Below are positions 11,651-26,578 of a DNA stretch of 64,000 bases, piece after piece (positions within the stretch are counted from its first letter, which is position 1; each line of letters begins with the position of its first letter). The notes beneath the pieces are model-generated. The model made no database searches. It was not told the DNA's origin and saw nothing but the letters and a program-made list of their open reading frames with translations. This DNA is from Phoronis australis. Taxonomy: Eukaryota; Animalia; Phoronida. Location: the NCBI GenBank assembly GCA_002633005.1, contig NMRA01000337.1, positions 392,828-456,827 on the forward strand, read 5' to 3'. Made by a program: the position numbers and the translations under genes.

Positions 11651-14066
11651 CTACAAATATTATGTATAAGTCGTTATATGTGAAATAGGTTACGTAATAC
11701 TTTATTGGAAACAATGAAATCTTTAGTCTTTCCAAACTATATCTCAAAACATATGGGGTAGTTTGATCTTTAAATTGAATGAGCGATATGTTTTGTAAAT
11801 GTTGATATTTTTATCATGACATCCTAGTAGCGTGAGAAAAATATGGATTACCTACATAAGGTCATAATTATTGGAAATAAAAAATACTTTTTAACTCAGG
11901 AGGTAATGCAAGAATGACATTAAGCTTTCAAACTGGATAAATTAAGTAGTTTTGAAACAAGCAATTAAGTTGAAAGCTCAAAATAATACATCTTCTGAAA
12001 CAAATGCATAACTTTCATACTCAAGGAAATAACTAATTTACTACATTTTCTATGATGAAATATTCTTCTTACCAAAACTGCTCTGCCTCCTTGACAGACA
12101 AATACTCCTCACAACTAATTAAACAGATTTATGTTCTTCCACACAGACTGTTATCGGACATCCTTTTGCTGGAACCCTTTAATGTCATTGTATTTATAGA
12201 ATGGTATTTACACATACTGTCTTGAAAAGGTGAAATAAATAAATAGGGCCACGTGTGCATCTTGTGGAGATGTTGAAACCATCAAAGATATACTTATTGT
12301 CAATGAATGTAGAAATGTGATTTTGTGAAAATGTTGCATTACGAGAGCCAGAAACTTTTAGTTTATTTAACTACAAAATGTAACTTAATCTTTGACAAAA
12401 ATGTAATTTTGACAAAATATTTTGGAAATAATTTTGAGGAAATTTAAACTGTATTTAGGATTATGAATAGGTAAATGCTCTAGAGATAAGAATATCCCCA
12501 TGTAACTATTATCTGTAGAAAAACTTAATTTCAAGATATGCGCAACAGCCGTGTATATCAACAGTTTTTCGGAAATCCTTTGCATATAAAATATTTATCT
12601 AAAGCAACTATTTAACTAAGATGCATGTGTGAGTGTACATGGTGTTTTTTTGTTTTGTTACAAACATGCATATGTTTCAGTTGATGTAGAAATAAAATAA
12701 ATAAAAGACTTGCACCTATGATTTACATAAATTTTGTAGCGCTTTACACCTGCTGCTTAAGTGAAAGGTATGAGCAATGGTACACCGCCAAGCCACGCCA
12801 TAACCTCGTTAGCATCAACACACCTTTACAAATGAGTTTCTCACCTGGCTTTCTTCGTATGCACAAGGTTTAAGCTCCTTGAGATTTACTTAGAAAAGAC
12901 TTATGTCAAGAATTGAGACTAAAATCAATTGTGAAGGCCAGGTTTTATATTTCCCACCATTCAAGAGTGTTTGCCACATTTGCAATGATCAATTAGTCTT
13001 GACAGACACAGCACTGCCCGGCCTGTCTCCAAGGGCTACAGAACAGTTGTCAACAAATGTCGGAGAAAGACAATCAGAGAACAGCATATGCAACGTTTTA
13101 CTGATTAAAAAATAAACTTTTAAACTAGGCCTTCTTTCATATTGTATTTTTGTGATCACCACGTGACGCTAGTTTTATCTTGCTTTGAAATTTTTGGCCA
13201 CCAGGTGGTACTGCACATATGCTCACCTTAAGACATTCCATTCCAGTATAAAATTGCACAACAGAATTATTAGCAATGTTATAAGAATGAGTGAATTTCA
13301 ACCACACACTGACCCAAATGGGCTGTGTGCAGCAACATCAAAGGCTTTGCGGGCACCTACACATGCAGCTGCCAGAGTGACCCATAATGCAGAATCAATG
13401 AGGTTTCTTTGACCGTAATGTTACCTGGTGGTAAACTGGTGAACAACCTTGCCCAAATTATTGTTGAATTCATAAAAAGATGCCTGAACTTTCAACTGTC
13501 TGTAGGATGACTGATTGTAACAAGAGAAATGCAATGTGATCTTAATCCTGTTCTTAAGTTAAAACAAGCATCTTGAATTACATAGCCACACTTGAATCTC
13601 TTTTATTTAGCCACAATGCCATATGACAAGCACCTTCAGTATCTTATGTAATTAGTCGGTGTCTTGGTTTTTCCAAGTTTTTCTCGAGTACGTTACTGTA
13701 TTCAACCTTTCGATGCCAGCAGTTTTGTGGGCTGCAAGTCCCTCAGTAAAAAGTTGGAAAAACTTGACAAGTATGCATGGATACGTATCTTTGAGACTAC
13801 CGTAATCCCCAAAATGAGGCCTACCTCCAGGACAAAGAGGAGTTCCATGCAGGATTATTGTAATGCTTAAATTAAAACTGGTTTACAATAAATTGGCTGG
13901 ACTTCCCCCGATGGTCACAGTGCTTCAGTTACTGAAGCATTGTGGGTAGTTTTCAAGCCTATAAATCATTTCTAATCTGAGTGCAGAATTGGTGACACTC
14001 ATTCCCTTATGGAAAGAGGCACAAATTATAAGTACTTTTTACAGACGCCCCATTAAAATGAATTAC

Positions 14067-14238
14067 CTTGCATAAGAAGAATTGTTGTCGAGGCTGAAGA
14101 CACACCGTTGCCTCAGTAGCCCAGCCCACAGCTGTACACCGATGATACCGAATATGAAGAAGACAAAGAAACACAGGAGAAGAACGTTACCCAACATTGG
14201 AAGTGTGTCCAAGAGTAACATTACTAATATACGGAGGC
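14067..14238 (-). CDS. Cav3 (CACNA1G/H/I): Cav3 exon (IS4-S5 linker, IS5)
   Basis: [45 protein letters not shown], near-invariant in Cav3; ttgcag / AG|gtaatt; phase 1/2. Confidence 0.97.
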
Positions 14239-14459
14239 CTGCAACACAAGGCAAAGCTTGGTTAAAAACATTTAGAATACCAACACAAAGCGCCTTCAAC
14301 AGCACTTCAACATAAAAAGACTAGAAGTGCCCTCTACAGCATTCCTTCATAAACAATACTATGAATGAATTAAGAGCTACCTGTGAAAAGTCTTTACAAA
14401 AACAATGCTCTTTTTACCTTGGGAAACATCACTTCTAAAAACCAAACTTAACACCACAA

Positions 14460-14591
14460 TGGCTGCACTTGGGTTTACTGGTTCTGCCAGTCAATCAGCC
14501 AAGACATCTGATTGGTCTGTAAGCCCAAAGTCCTCATCAAGAACCAATCAGATGTCTCGGTGGAACCGATGAAGTTAATCGAGTGCAGCCA
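14460..14591. mobile_element. Small palindromic MITE
   Basis: GGCTGCACT…AGTGCAGCC ends and internal AGACATCTGATTGGT…ACCAATCAGATGTCT inverted repeat. Confidence 0.65.
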
Positions 14592-15233
14592 ACGCAGCCC
14601 AGTATAAAAAACTTCACACAATAATTAACGGATAGCTTGTGGAAGTTGAGAGTTCTAGTGACATAGAAGCATTAAGATTTGGATGGTAACTAAAAGACAT
14701 TGTTTTACAAACTTGCCCCACACAAAACTAGGTAACTTTCTCATTTTAATGGCATTGCAAATTAAACATTTCATTTCAAGACACCTAGACATCCCTGACC
14801 CATCAGATGAAAATTTAAGGAAAATGATTAATTTAACTATAAACTCTACCCCAAAGTTATCCCCTGAGAGTCAAAAATTTTGCAATTCCCACAAGACACC
14901 ATGACTTTCATTTTGCCTCCCACCAATTCCTCACACAATTTCATGTTTCCATCTGCCATTCCCCCAATAATTTCAGCAATCAAAAATAGATCAAAAATCA
15001 AGTTCCAATCATTTATAAATCGATTTGTAGCCAGTCATGCAACATTCCCAAGTTTTCTGAAGCCATGTGTACATATGTAACCCTTCCTATAGCCCAGGTG
15101 ACACATGCATAATTATGACATGTATTACCTTACAAGAAAACTGTCTACTGATAAGAGGCTCTCTTAAATTTAGAACAGTCAAACTTCTGAGAAAGAGGTC
15201 AAATTTCACCATCTGTGACAACAGGGATGACTA

Positions 15234-15404
15234 CAGTATATGGCAAAAGTAATCAGACAAAATTATAGGGTGGCTGAGCCAATTTACTAACTTTCCTTTT
15301 AATTTCCCTTCATTCTCAGTCATGAGAGAAGACTAACTCTGAAGATAAGCCACCATGACCAAAAATTCCAGGTCATTTTGTCTAAATACTTTTGGCTCAT
15401 ACTG
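15234..15404. mobile_element. Tc1/mariner-like MITE (related copies at 17711-17863 and partial ~52600-52713)
   Basis: TA|CAGTAT..GCAAAAGTAATCAGACAAAAT … ATTTTGTCTAAATACTTTTGGCTCATACTG|TA. Confidence 0.75.
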
Positions 15405-15711
15405 TATTTTTCTTTGCAGAAATGTTTCCAACACTGTATCTTAATGATCGAAACTTCAACATGCCTCAAAATTTCAAGGACACTACTTTCAGTTAACAAA
15501 TTTCCACAACCGAAAAGATGTTGTATGATTAGATGATTCTTAATGTGATGTACAGAAATGCTAATAAGAAGTCAATAAAATCAAGACATTCAACGTGTTT
15601 CCATGGCGTCATGTTAAACAATATAATCATGCTCATTACTTTAGAAAATAAATATTCACAATAAATTCTGGTTACATGAATAACAGAAAGGCTTTTCCAA
15701 ACAAAACATAC

Positions 15712-15809
15712 TTGGTATTCTGTTGATAGCACGAAGTGGACGCAGCACCCTAATTGTCCGAATTGCCGTCAGACTAAGGTTTTCTGTGGCCACCGCGTAT
15801 TCAATAGTC
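15712..15809 (-). CDS. Cav3 (CACNA1G/H/I): Cav3 exon (IS3-S4 loop and IS4)
   Basis: Manual translation [32 protein letters not shown]; atacag / A|gtatgt; 98 nt, phase 2/1; not in the ORF track. Confidence 0.96.
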
Positions 15810-17710
15810 CTGTATTGAAAGAACATCTAGATGAGAAACAACATTCTACATTTGTACAAATACATACGGTAGTACTTTTATTTATGTAGGTTTTGACACA
15901 TAATCTGAGACTTCAGGCAACACTTACATAAACTAGACCCTAATGATTAATCTAGCATCTCTAGGAACTGATATAAAAATTAGAGCCATCATTCAGTTGA
16001 GTCGCCAAAGACGATTGAAAGTATGCATTAGCAGCAGACGTACAATAGCAAACGATTCAGTCAGTGACTGGCAGCCATTGTAACACACAATGATATGCAC
16101 AGATTAAACTCATTACTTAATCATGCTCAAAATTGATTATAGCAGACTTACTTCTGAATACTGCAAATCAAGCTAAGTGACAAACATTCAATGTGAACAA
16201 TTTCTTGCCTCAGGTGATGTGGTTTTTAGAATTGAACATTGTTTTAATGAACACAGGCATTTGTTGTCCTGCGCACCTGCTTCACTATAAGCTACTGGTG
16301 GCCTTTAACTCATTTGCGCCAGTATTGAAACAAGTGTAGTAAAATTCAGTTTGAATGGTTTTGTCATGAAATTATTATGACACGTCCCGGCTTCGGCAAA
16401 ATATCACCAATTTAGGGCACAATATCGTGGACGAGCCAAATTTTATTTTTAATTTTTTTTTTTCACAAAATACAAGCCTTGTCATTTTTAATTGGGCACC
16501 TTAACAACCAACCAACCAGCAAAGTTTTGAGAAATTGTGTGTATTCCCAACAATGTTAGAACACTTTAAAAATGAAAAATCGATTTCCACAAACATTTTT
16601 GTCTGAAACTGATGATATTTTAACGCTACATAGTCTTAAGGACACCAGAATTGGCCAAGTGAAGCCAACAATAATATTGGGAGATGTGTGGTTACAAGCC
16701 TTCAAGTTATGTGAAAAGATAACTGACACGAGCAACTTAAAGTGATCAAAATGGCCAAGAACTGCTTGGTGAAAATTCAAGTTACATACATCAAAAGAAA
16801 TTTTCTGACTGATGTTCGTTTAAATGACAAAAGGCCTTTTCACGTGTCATTTTTACAAAGATAAATTAATCACATAAAGAAAAATTTACCAAATCATTAG
16901 CTGTGTTCACAAGGAAGAGCGTAATTTTTTTGAGAAAATTTTGCAAAGACTCATGAACGGGCCTTAAGTGGCAACAAACCCGTGTTCCATCGAAGAAACA
17001 AGTTTCAATTTAGACCACGTACTGCTACAGAATTGGTCTTAATGTGTACTGTACTCAAGATTGCTTTTGGTCATGCAGAGATTGTGGTGCATGGAGCGTG
17101 TGGAGGAGGCAGAAATAGCTTTCACTGTCAGAAGTGTCTACTTCCATTACTCAAGGTTGTGAGTTTGAGTCTCACTCCAGGGCCACACTGCTAGAGACCC
17201 GAGTCAGGTCTCAAGTTCCTCAGCTTGGTTTTAACTATGTCATTAAAAAAGCACAAAAATGGTTCCAGGTGATCAGTGCAATGGACCCACCTGCGCATGT
17301 CTGGTACAACGTGTAACAGACCGCCTACAATTACTTAATCTCTAGCAACAAACAACTGTCAGTTGTTTACAAGCCTGCACACCTATTGACTAATGATTTG
17401 AGACCAATTTCATGGTAGGTAGTCTAAATAAAAACTAGTTTTTGTGATGGAAGGTGGGTTTATTACCACATTAAAATTAAACACAATCAAACTTAACACA
17501 TTCACACTTAAACACATTCAAACTTAAACAATAAAAATAACTGCTCAACAAACTGAACAGGTTGCACCCCATACATACAGTAATCAAACAATACAGCTAC
17601 AGTACAAAACAAAAGTAATTGACAAAATACTGTTTTCCTGTCATGATGGCTAATTATGTTAAGAACAAACATCACTCTTAATAACGTTTAGGGCGACAGA
17701 AGTCTAATTA

Positions 17711-17863
17711 CAGTATGACTCAAACACCTTACTAACTTTCCAGTTAATTCCTCTTCTTCTCTGTCATGAGGGGAGACAACTCTGACGATGAATTCAGCTT
17801 GCGCCCAGCCATCATGACAGAGAATTATGGGTCATTTTGTCAGAATACTTTTGGCTTATACTG
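17711..17863. mobile_element. Tc1/mariner-like MITE, same family as 15234-15404
   Basis: CAGTATGA start; shared internal sequence and GGTCATTTTGTC..AATACTTTTGGCT.ATACTG end. Confidence 0.6.
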
Positions 17864-18854
17864 TTGTCATGCGCAAGCACATGGGCGGCACACCATAGGG
17901 GGCTGGGGGGGGGCTATAGCTCGCACTTCCTTTAGTGGTGCGCTACCCATGAGGCAATAAGGAGTCTTTAATTGCATATGTATTCAAGCACTTGCCATAA
18001 GGCCTGTGCTATGAACCACAGCGAATATTTATAGAAAACAGGTGGCTGGGGTAAAAGTTAGAACAGAGAAATCAGTGAAGAAGTAAAATACTACATAAGA
18101 TGGCAGACAGTCAATGCATGCAGCATCATGACGAGAACAATGTCCCCATGCAGAACACAGAAAGATCAGCCATCAAGCATGCACAGATAACGTCTCCCTG
18201 GTAATTTACCATACTCATCGGGTTATCGCCCAGAGCACTTACATTTTGGGGATTTCACCGAAAGCGATATGCTATTTTTTAAAAATGCATTAAGGGGAGG
18301 TTTTCCGCTCATAAACATCTTAAGAAATCACAGAAAAGAGTGGACTTGTAATTTAACATTCTACTGTACATTTTGGTAATGAGATTTTAACTTCAGCGTG
18401 ATTGGATAGGGCGTACCTCGAGAATATTTAATTAACGCAAAAGCTTTCCAAATTTAAGCATTAATTTAATTTTGAGGCTCATTTTCAGCTCTGTGTTTTT
18501 GTATGATTCGCATAGTTATACTTACACAAGTTGTAGTGCATCTGTGCTTTCATATGATGACCCCATTAGTGGCAAGTACGTTTTTTTGTTAAAAGTATTT
18601 TACACATCAAATTATACGGGAAGTCACCAAATGCTTACCAGTGAAAAATCCAACCCACAATGTACTTGAAAAAAGACAGCAGTGCCGTAGATGAAATGCT
18701 CTGAATTGGTGAATCAAAAACTCAGGATATGGGCATAAGCTGAGCACAGGTGATTACAAAATATTTGAGGAGTTAGGGAACAGGCATTTACCAGAATGGC
18801 CGATTCACAAAAAGAGCATGAACCAAAAGAACCATTTCACATCTTCTTACGTAA

Positions 18855-19480
18855 AAAGCACAATGCGGAGTGTTCATATGTGCTCACCGTGCATCGGAAG
18901 TTGTGAAGAAATAAAGGGTGGTCATTTCTAAAAAAATGTTTCCATAGTAGTTGGATTCATCTGAAAATCAACATTAGATGTGTAGGCTCTCCTCATTAGG
19001 AACACATAGGAGGAATTTAATGAAGATTTATCAAAGCACTTGGAGGCAATAACAATTTGACACCACAGTAGTAAGATCCGTCCAAAATAAGCAACAACCA
19101 TTCAAGACCTGGTCTGGGGCAAAAATCTCACATTCATTAGGTCACTTCATGTGACCAACTGGTGGCATGCAGACCAGATTTAAAAACGTTTGTGATTGAT
19201 AGAAATCTATTTGCCAAATTCCATGATTATTTGTGTTAAATTCGAAGATTACAAAGGGAGTGTAAAAAGTTAAAACTGCCACAAGGGGGCAAAGCAGTTG
19301 TCGAATCTTTCCGAAACTTGTAATTTGTCATCAGCACCATAGTAACACATCTGCCAACTTCTATGAAAATTTTCCAAGGAATTTTGCAGATACAATAGCG
19401 AAAGAGGGCGCCTAGACAGAGATTACAACACACTGGCATATATCCATATATAGATAGGTATATATGCAGGTGCATAACAA
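18855..19480 (+). mobile_element. Diverged HINE-like element related to 33962-39070
   Basis: Start resembles the family 5' end (caatgcggagtgttcatatgtgctcac); spaced ccac..gggggc-type motifs; ends ...ggtgcataa. Confidence 0.45.
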
Positions 19481-22400
19481 GAAATTTTCATGGCTGGATA
19501 TTTGGTTTTAAGTGCTCTTGAAACTGACTGTTCATCACCCAAATGGATGTGAATGATGAACGATGAACGTTTGAGAGCTAATTAAAATGCTCCTTAGATG
19601 GGGCGGAGGGGGTTTCACAAAGACTAGCACTTGGAAGTCTCAAACGTATANNNNNNNNNNNNNNNNNNGGGGGGGGTGTGTGATTAAGAACATCATTGGC
19701 GGCTAAAATAAACTTTGGAAACTTCAAATGTGGGCGTTAACACGAGAGTACAGTAGGTGCAAACCTGAGCATTTCTGATGGAATTCGGTATGACTAAAAA
19801 CTGATATTTTAACATAATAAATAATTTAGGACAGCACAAAATGAAAAATAAAAAATAAGAGATGTGATTTGGCACAGTTTGTACTGAGTAGTTGTACGGA
19901 AAGTATTACCATGTTAACAAACGGAATAACCTCTTTGAATGAAAAATGGCAATTTCAGTAATTTAATGCGTGGAATTTCAAATAACTTTAACATATATGG
20001 CAAAGAGGCCAAAAACTGTCCATTAATACTGCGACTATGATTGATTCTAAGCCTGAATAGATTAAATATTTGTATATTCATCAAGAGGCTGTAACTAAGT
20101 AATGACTATCAGCCATTTGATCTGTTGTCTTAGCGCTATCAATCGGAGAAAAATGGAACATTGTTATATAAAACCCGGTCTCAGAACATGTTATCTGAGC
20201 TAACCATTAGGCCAACATTTCAATGAAAGGGTCTAATGTGACTGTAGACCACAGTGTAACAAGACCGAGATTTGGCTCCCAACTGTCTTATGTACAAACT
20301 ATCACTGGTCATTTGTCAGTTTGCAGCATCACCAGAGGACAAGTACATCATGCTGGGGCAGCAAGCCACCATCTCACACTAACATAATGGAACAGTAAAC
20401 CAACAGCAAAATTACTTAACACAGTAACAGTTGCAATGCATCACTAGTTTCCATGGCAACCCATTTACAGTCTGCTACATATTAGGCTATAGTGTGGTAT
20501 CTTCATTATACAAGATGACATGACATACGTACAGATTAGTTATATGTCAAGACTACAGGTATGAAAATGTTGACAACAACCCAAGATGTGAAATGAAGAC
20601 AACACAGTAAAATAAATTGGTATGATTTTCGAAAATAATTACAAAACCAAAAAACATGGGTAGCAATGCATAGCAACTGCTGGGAGTCACGATATGCAAA
20701 GAGTATGCACACGCTGACATGCATCAGAGGCTATGAATACAGTGAGAGGCTAAAATCTTACTTGTTGGCAATATACTCGGCAACTCTTAGTTATGAAAAA
20801 TGAAAATAATCGTATATAAGATTAAAGAATGCATTATTGATTGAAATAGTCGGTTACTATAGCAACACAATACACAGCCAAGATTGGACACTACATAAAG
20901 AATGGGGGTGTGGCCAGGGACCACTCAGCAGACCACGCCCATCATAACAAGTAAAACTTTGCCCAAAAGCACCGATTTGTCAAGCAAGTGAGAAATCAAA
21001 TCCAATCTGAACACAGAGGCCATTTTGCAGAAATAATGTCAAAAACAAGCGGTTTAAGAAACCTTTATTGCTTGTCTACCACCCAACACAGACTTTGAGC
21101 TCTGGTCTCATATGTAAGAGTTCTTAGTTCAACTCAGTGATAGACTGCCCTTGGGTAACACTGTTATCACTAGTGACATCTGTAATTGACTGATTTTAGA
21201 CTAGATAACCAAATAGAATCCCATCCAAGTAAGGAATATTAGGGGACCGCCACGATTAAATGGAATTAATTCAATGTTTTCTTCTTTTCTTAGGTAAACA
21301 GGGTGAAATTCAACTTTAAGAAAGCCAAATACAGCCACTCTAACACCAGTTAGCAGACTATAAGGCAGACAAATGAAATTTTATTTTGTCAAATTTCTCA
21401 ACAAAAATAAATATTAAGAAAACAATAATACATTATTCGCTTGATTTGTAGCGTGTCATAAAATAACATTGGGAAAGTTTTTATTTCTTATAGCTTCAGC
21501 TTTTGAACAAGCAAAATACAAGTTTGACAGCTACTGCGTGAAGTACTAAAGAAGAATTATCATTTGAAAGGTTGCATAAGGCAACTAATTGCCTATCATA
21601 GCTACCAAGGGACACATTCATCAAATATTTTCTTAACTACTAAATTTTATCCTTGGTCACCACAGATGTTGCAAGCTTAAAATAAAGACTGAACGTAACT
21701 AACGGTAAGTCACATGGCCAATTTTTTTCTAAAAAATTTCATGGAAATCGTCATAACAAGCACAATATAAAATTTTTTGCACAAATCTTGCAATTTTGTT
21801 TAGTGTTCATTCAGCTAGCTAAAAACAGTATCTGGTATTTTCTTTCAAAGCTTCTTAGAAAGAGATCTAGGCAGTTGAGGAATGTTTAAATCTTTGCGTT
21901 TCACCCTGAATTCTCAGCCAAACGGATTTAAAAGAAATTCTTCTTTTGTAGTTAATGGAGTGCTTAATGAGACTTTGCAAGATTGTAAGCAAAACTTCAA
22001 GGCTGCGCAAGTTGAGACTATGTCTGTAAAAAGAGGCCATGTGACAACCAAAAGCATGTGCTCACATGGGATTCCAAAAATATACAGTTCCATGGGTTAA
22101 AACTGCATTTCGTCCCGTTTAGCTGAATAAAAAACGAAAATCGAATTGGGCCTTTCATTCACATCAAATCGGTTTCATAACATTCCTTACCGAAATTAAG
22201 GACAAAAACCCCCATCAGAAACTCGAGAAAACTCAAGAAAATGTTTCAAAATTTACTTATGTTGACCAACCCAAAAATTATGAATTCAAAAATGGCGCAT
22301 GTTTGGACTGTGGCTTGAGTTGACGGCTTATTTGACAACATTTTCGTGGAATGAGCGTGGTTATGTTTAAAAACCTGGGCTTTGGCAAAGCGCTTTGGTT

Positions 22401-23782
22401 CAGAATTCAACATTGACAGCTAAGCAGTGGCAAAATGCCGTAGCAGTAATATTTGAATAAATGTGACCATTGGTAACAAAGGCCTAGTCATTTACCATAA
22501 AACAGACTTTACAGCCCATGAAAATTTCCTACGCTATCACTCAGTGGCACTCGGGTGTAACACAGTGTCACACTCAAGTCTAGATTGTGGTAATTTACCA
22601 TGGGTGCTTAGAGTCATAACACTAAAGTGAGATGACGTCATAAGACTAAATTCATTGTTATTTGCTGCACTAAATTCTCCATAAATTGGCTTACTGTGCA
22701 CCAATTCTGATAATTCAAAGTCGGATAACAGTTATTTTTCAATTTTTTAAAAGGGTAACGGTGGTCAGTTGTCTATAGTCTTCATGAAATTTGTACGCAT
22801 GAGAGGCACATACTAGTTATGATCATGTTAACGACAAGTCAAGTATTAGACAGTATAGTTGTTAATCATCTGCAGCCAATAATTGTATAGATGTGAACTG
22901 GATTACAACATTAATGGTGTTACATTTTTTATTAAAGTGCTATTGTACACAAGCTAGAACAATCACAGGTTCTGGTTTTTGGTCACTAGAGGTGAGTGAC
23001 ACAAAATTTCTTTCAAAAGCACAAAGGTTAGGGTGTTACTTTTTCAACTGTGCTGACTATTCACACCTGGTTATTATGCACTTTCCAACAGATCATTAGA
23101 CCACCCTCACAGAGGATCATAACCATGGTGCAGTTATACCTTTTACAACTGGTTTTAAACTGTTCGCATATTTTAAACCTGGTCTGAAAGTTATAACCAC
23201 TTTAGTGTGAACAGGGCATTTGATCCATGGCTAGACAAGCTGAAACACACGGGCAATCTTACCACATTTCAACATTGCAAACACAGTTAGATCAATAACC
23301 TACGACACACACACCACTTATTTCAGGTTATTTCCACAAAACACCTCAGCGTCTGTGTCCAGATTGGTAAAAAACTGATTATACCAAGAAAAAAAAGAAA
23401 TGTATTACCAGTTAACAACAACCATACTGCCAGAGAAATGAAAAGATACGAAAAGTGCAAAACAACAAATGAACTAACAAAATCGACCAAATAACCCATT
23501 TCTGAGTAAAACAAATAATGCAATGGAGGGAAGACATTATATAGCAGAGGTATGAAACTAAATAGTTGACAGAAACCAACTGTTATAGTTACAACAAGTC
23601 TGTTTAGTATGCACAATATCTAACTTGTGACATTCCTTAAGACTGGTGATTATGTTCCCACAATATCCCTGATACAAGTATGACATACTGTAAAAACTCA
23701 CCAATTTAAAACAAAATATGGTGGACAAGTGAAATTTATTTTATTAATTTTTCATAAATTATGCATAGTGCCAAAATGATGC

Positions 23783-24100
23783 TTTGCCATATTCAAATTG
23801 TATACCATAGCTTTTCCAACAGTATACCATGGCTATTCAAGCAGTATACCATGGCTATTCAAGCAGTATACCATGGCTATTCAAGCAGTATACCATGGCT
23901 ATTCAAATAGTATACCATACCTATTCAAGTAGTATATCATACCTCTTCAAATAGTATACCATGGCTATTCAAAGAGAATACCATGGCTATTCATACAATA
24001 TATCATACCTATTCAAAAAGTATACCATAGCTATTCAAGTAGTATACCATAGCTATTCAAGTAGTATACCATAGCTATTCAAATTGTATAACATAGCTAC
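23783..24100 (+). repeat. 22-bp minisatellite (AGTATACCATGGCTATTCAAGC), about 14 copies
   Basis: Read directly. Confidence 0.93.
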
Positions 24101-24736
24101 TAACAGACAAAATTTTAAAAACTATAGTAACCATTCACAACAATGTTAGAAGTCCTTGGAAAATGAAAAAAAGTACTATCTTGGAGATTATTTTTGTTCA
24201 AAATTGGTGAGATTTTACCGTACTTAAAAAACTCCATTTTATGATTGTATGGAGCTAAGAACATATTTTTATAAAATATTGCAGTAAAGGGGAAGATCTG
24301 ACACAGTTCATTACTATGGGACAGTGAAAAACTTGCATGTTTAAAACATGTGGTCACATTGGTGGATCTAGGATGTCATAAAGGGAAGCTTAACAACAAA
24401 TTAGAAGGAAAAATGTCTGCACAGAACCCAATAGCTGTGCCATTGACATTTTTTGGCCATGGCCCAAGTATGGTGGTTCCGTATCAACCAGCCAATTCTG
24501 AACCCGACAAGGATAAGCAGGCTACAGAGACATGTTGCATAAAATTTCAGGATTCTTTTCATTGTTTCAAAAAAATAGTTGATAAGATACTGGAGAATGT
24601 TTACTAGAACAGTAACTGGTTGATAATGTCCCAGAATAATACCCTCACTCAATTTTATATCAACAAGTCACCAAGGACATTCAGCTCAACCATAAGAATG
24701 CTGTTGGTAAGTACTGTTTTTACTAATAATGAATTA

Positions 24737-25890
24737 CAACAAGAATAATGTACACGCACAGTACCACAAACAGTAGACTTCTAAGGGGATTATTATTGAT
24801 GTAATATAACAAAGTCAAAGATGAAAATGAACTTGTGTTGTCGCTTCCCATCCCTACAGTCAACCTCATCATCAAGGTCCATTAAATTATGAGTCCACCA
24901 GTTGTGACAATAATCAACAGAAATGTTATTTTTTTGACAAAAACTAAAATTGCCAACAGGAGGTGACATAATAGTCCAAAATGTCCAGTAATTAACTGGT
25001 AATGGTGCAACCCAGCCATAAAGCCTGTCAAACATACAAAATTCAATGGACAACCCATATATTGTCAAAAACTAAAATGAGCAAACAGGGAAACATCAGA
25101 AGTCAAATTCATCAGAAAATTTTCTGTTGGCAGCGCATACCCATACACCTTTGTGTCAAGTTTCATCAAATTCTGACAAGTGGATTTGACAATTAATTGA
25201 TGAACTGGAGAAATCCTGAACAAATCAGTGAACAACAAAACAGGCCCACACATCCTAGCCATATACCTGTCACGTTTTGTCAAAATCTGTTAAGCCGTTT
25301 TGACAATAAATGACAGACAATAACTTTTCAAAAACCAACACAGCCAACAGGGGGTGCCACAGCAGTCAAATTCATTTAAAAAGCAACAGACGATACATCC
25401 CAGCAACAAACCCTTGTGGCCAGTTGCATCAAAATCTGTAGTGTGAGCCATTTTGACACAAATAGGACAATTTATCAAACAATTTCACTAAAACCTAATG
25501 AGCAAGGAATTTTAAAATTAAAACAACCAACAGGTTGTGCCACAATAATGAATCCATATAAAAGCCAACTGGTATCGGGGCATTGCCACAATATAGCTCT
25601 CTGCCAAATTTCAAGTTGAAAATGGCCAACAGGAGGTGCCATGGCAGTTGAATCCGTCCAAAACTCGAACTGGTGCAAGCACATCTCCGCCACAAAAGAA
25701 TAGACCCAATTTTATCATGATCTTGATTTTTTGACAAAACCAAAGAACAAGCCAAGGTAACGACAGATAGGTGACAGATGATGAATGGATGGTAAAAAGA
25801 CGGATTGACGATGGACAGGTGGATGATGGACAGACGGCTGGATAGTGGACTGTCGGGGTGGAATGCTGACAACATGCGACCACAAAATTC
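24737..25890 (+). mobile_element. Diverged HINE-like element
   Basis: AACAAG start, spaced GCCAACAGGNGG motifs, GACG/GATG/GACA microsatellite near the 3' end. Confidence 0.5.
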
Positions 25891-26578
25891 TTTTTGGAGT
25901 TTATAAAAATATCCTTTACTCTTGGGTCACCCTTTTCAACGAGACTTAATACTGTCACGCCTTTAATCTGAACAAACTTTCTACTACCCGCTACAGAATG
26001 ACTTTTTTCACAAACTTCACATAACTAAAGAAATTAAAGCTTTCCTTCAACAAATTTTCGATGTTTAGCTCCAGCAGTGCTTTAGCATCATCAGAAAACA
26101 GTCTATAATCACAAAATCGTAGGAATGATAATGTGAAGTAGCCTTTTCGTGTCATAATCCGCCAACGAAAGTAAAAAACTTTGAAAGCTCAAAAGGAGTT
26201 TTATAGGAAAACAGTCAGAACGAAACACTTTATGAGGATTCTAGCGGTGACATAGATGAAAATTCTTCAGTCAGAAAATTTAACCTTTTATTACTGTACA
26301 GGTTATAGCAATGGTGCGTCCAGTATGATGCCTTAGACAGTGTGTCCAGTGTAATGCCTTAAACAGGGTGTCCAGTGTGATGCCTTAAACAGAGTGTCCA
26401 GTGCGATGCTTTAAACAGTATGTCCAGGTCCAGTGCGATGCCTTATAAACAGTGTGTCCAGTGTAATGCCTTAAACAGTGTCCAGTGCGATGCTTTAAAT
26501 AGTATGTCCAGTGCGATGCCTTATAAACAGTGTGTCCAGTGCGATGCCTTAAACAGTGTGTCCAGTGTCAAGCCTTAA

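Noticed and set aside
23262-23300. Possible micro-exon (tag|GTTATTGAT…TGTG|gtaag) as a missing Cav3 exon
   Set aside because: VIDLTVFAMLKC does not match IS1-IS3 and its end phase (1) does not fit the phase-2 acceptor at 15809
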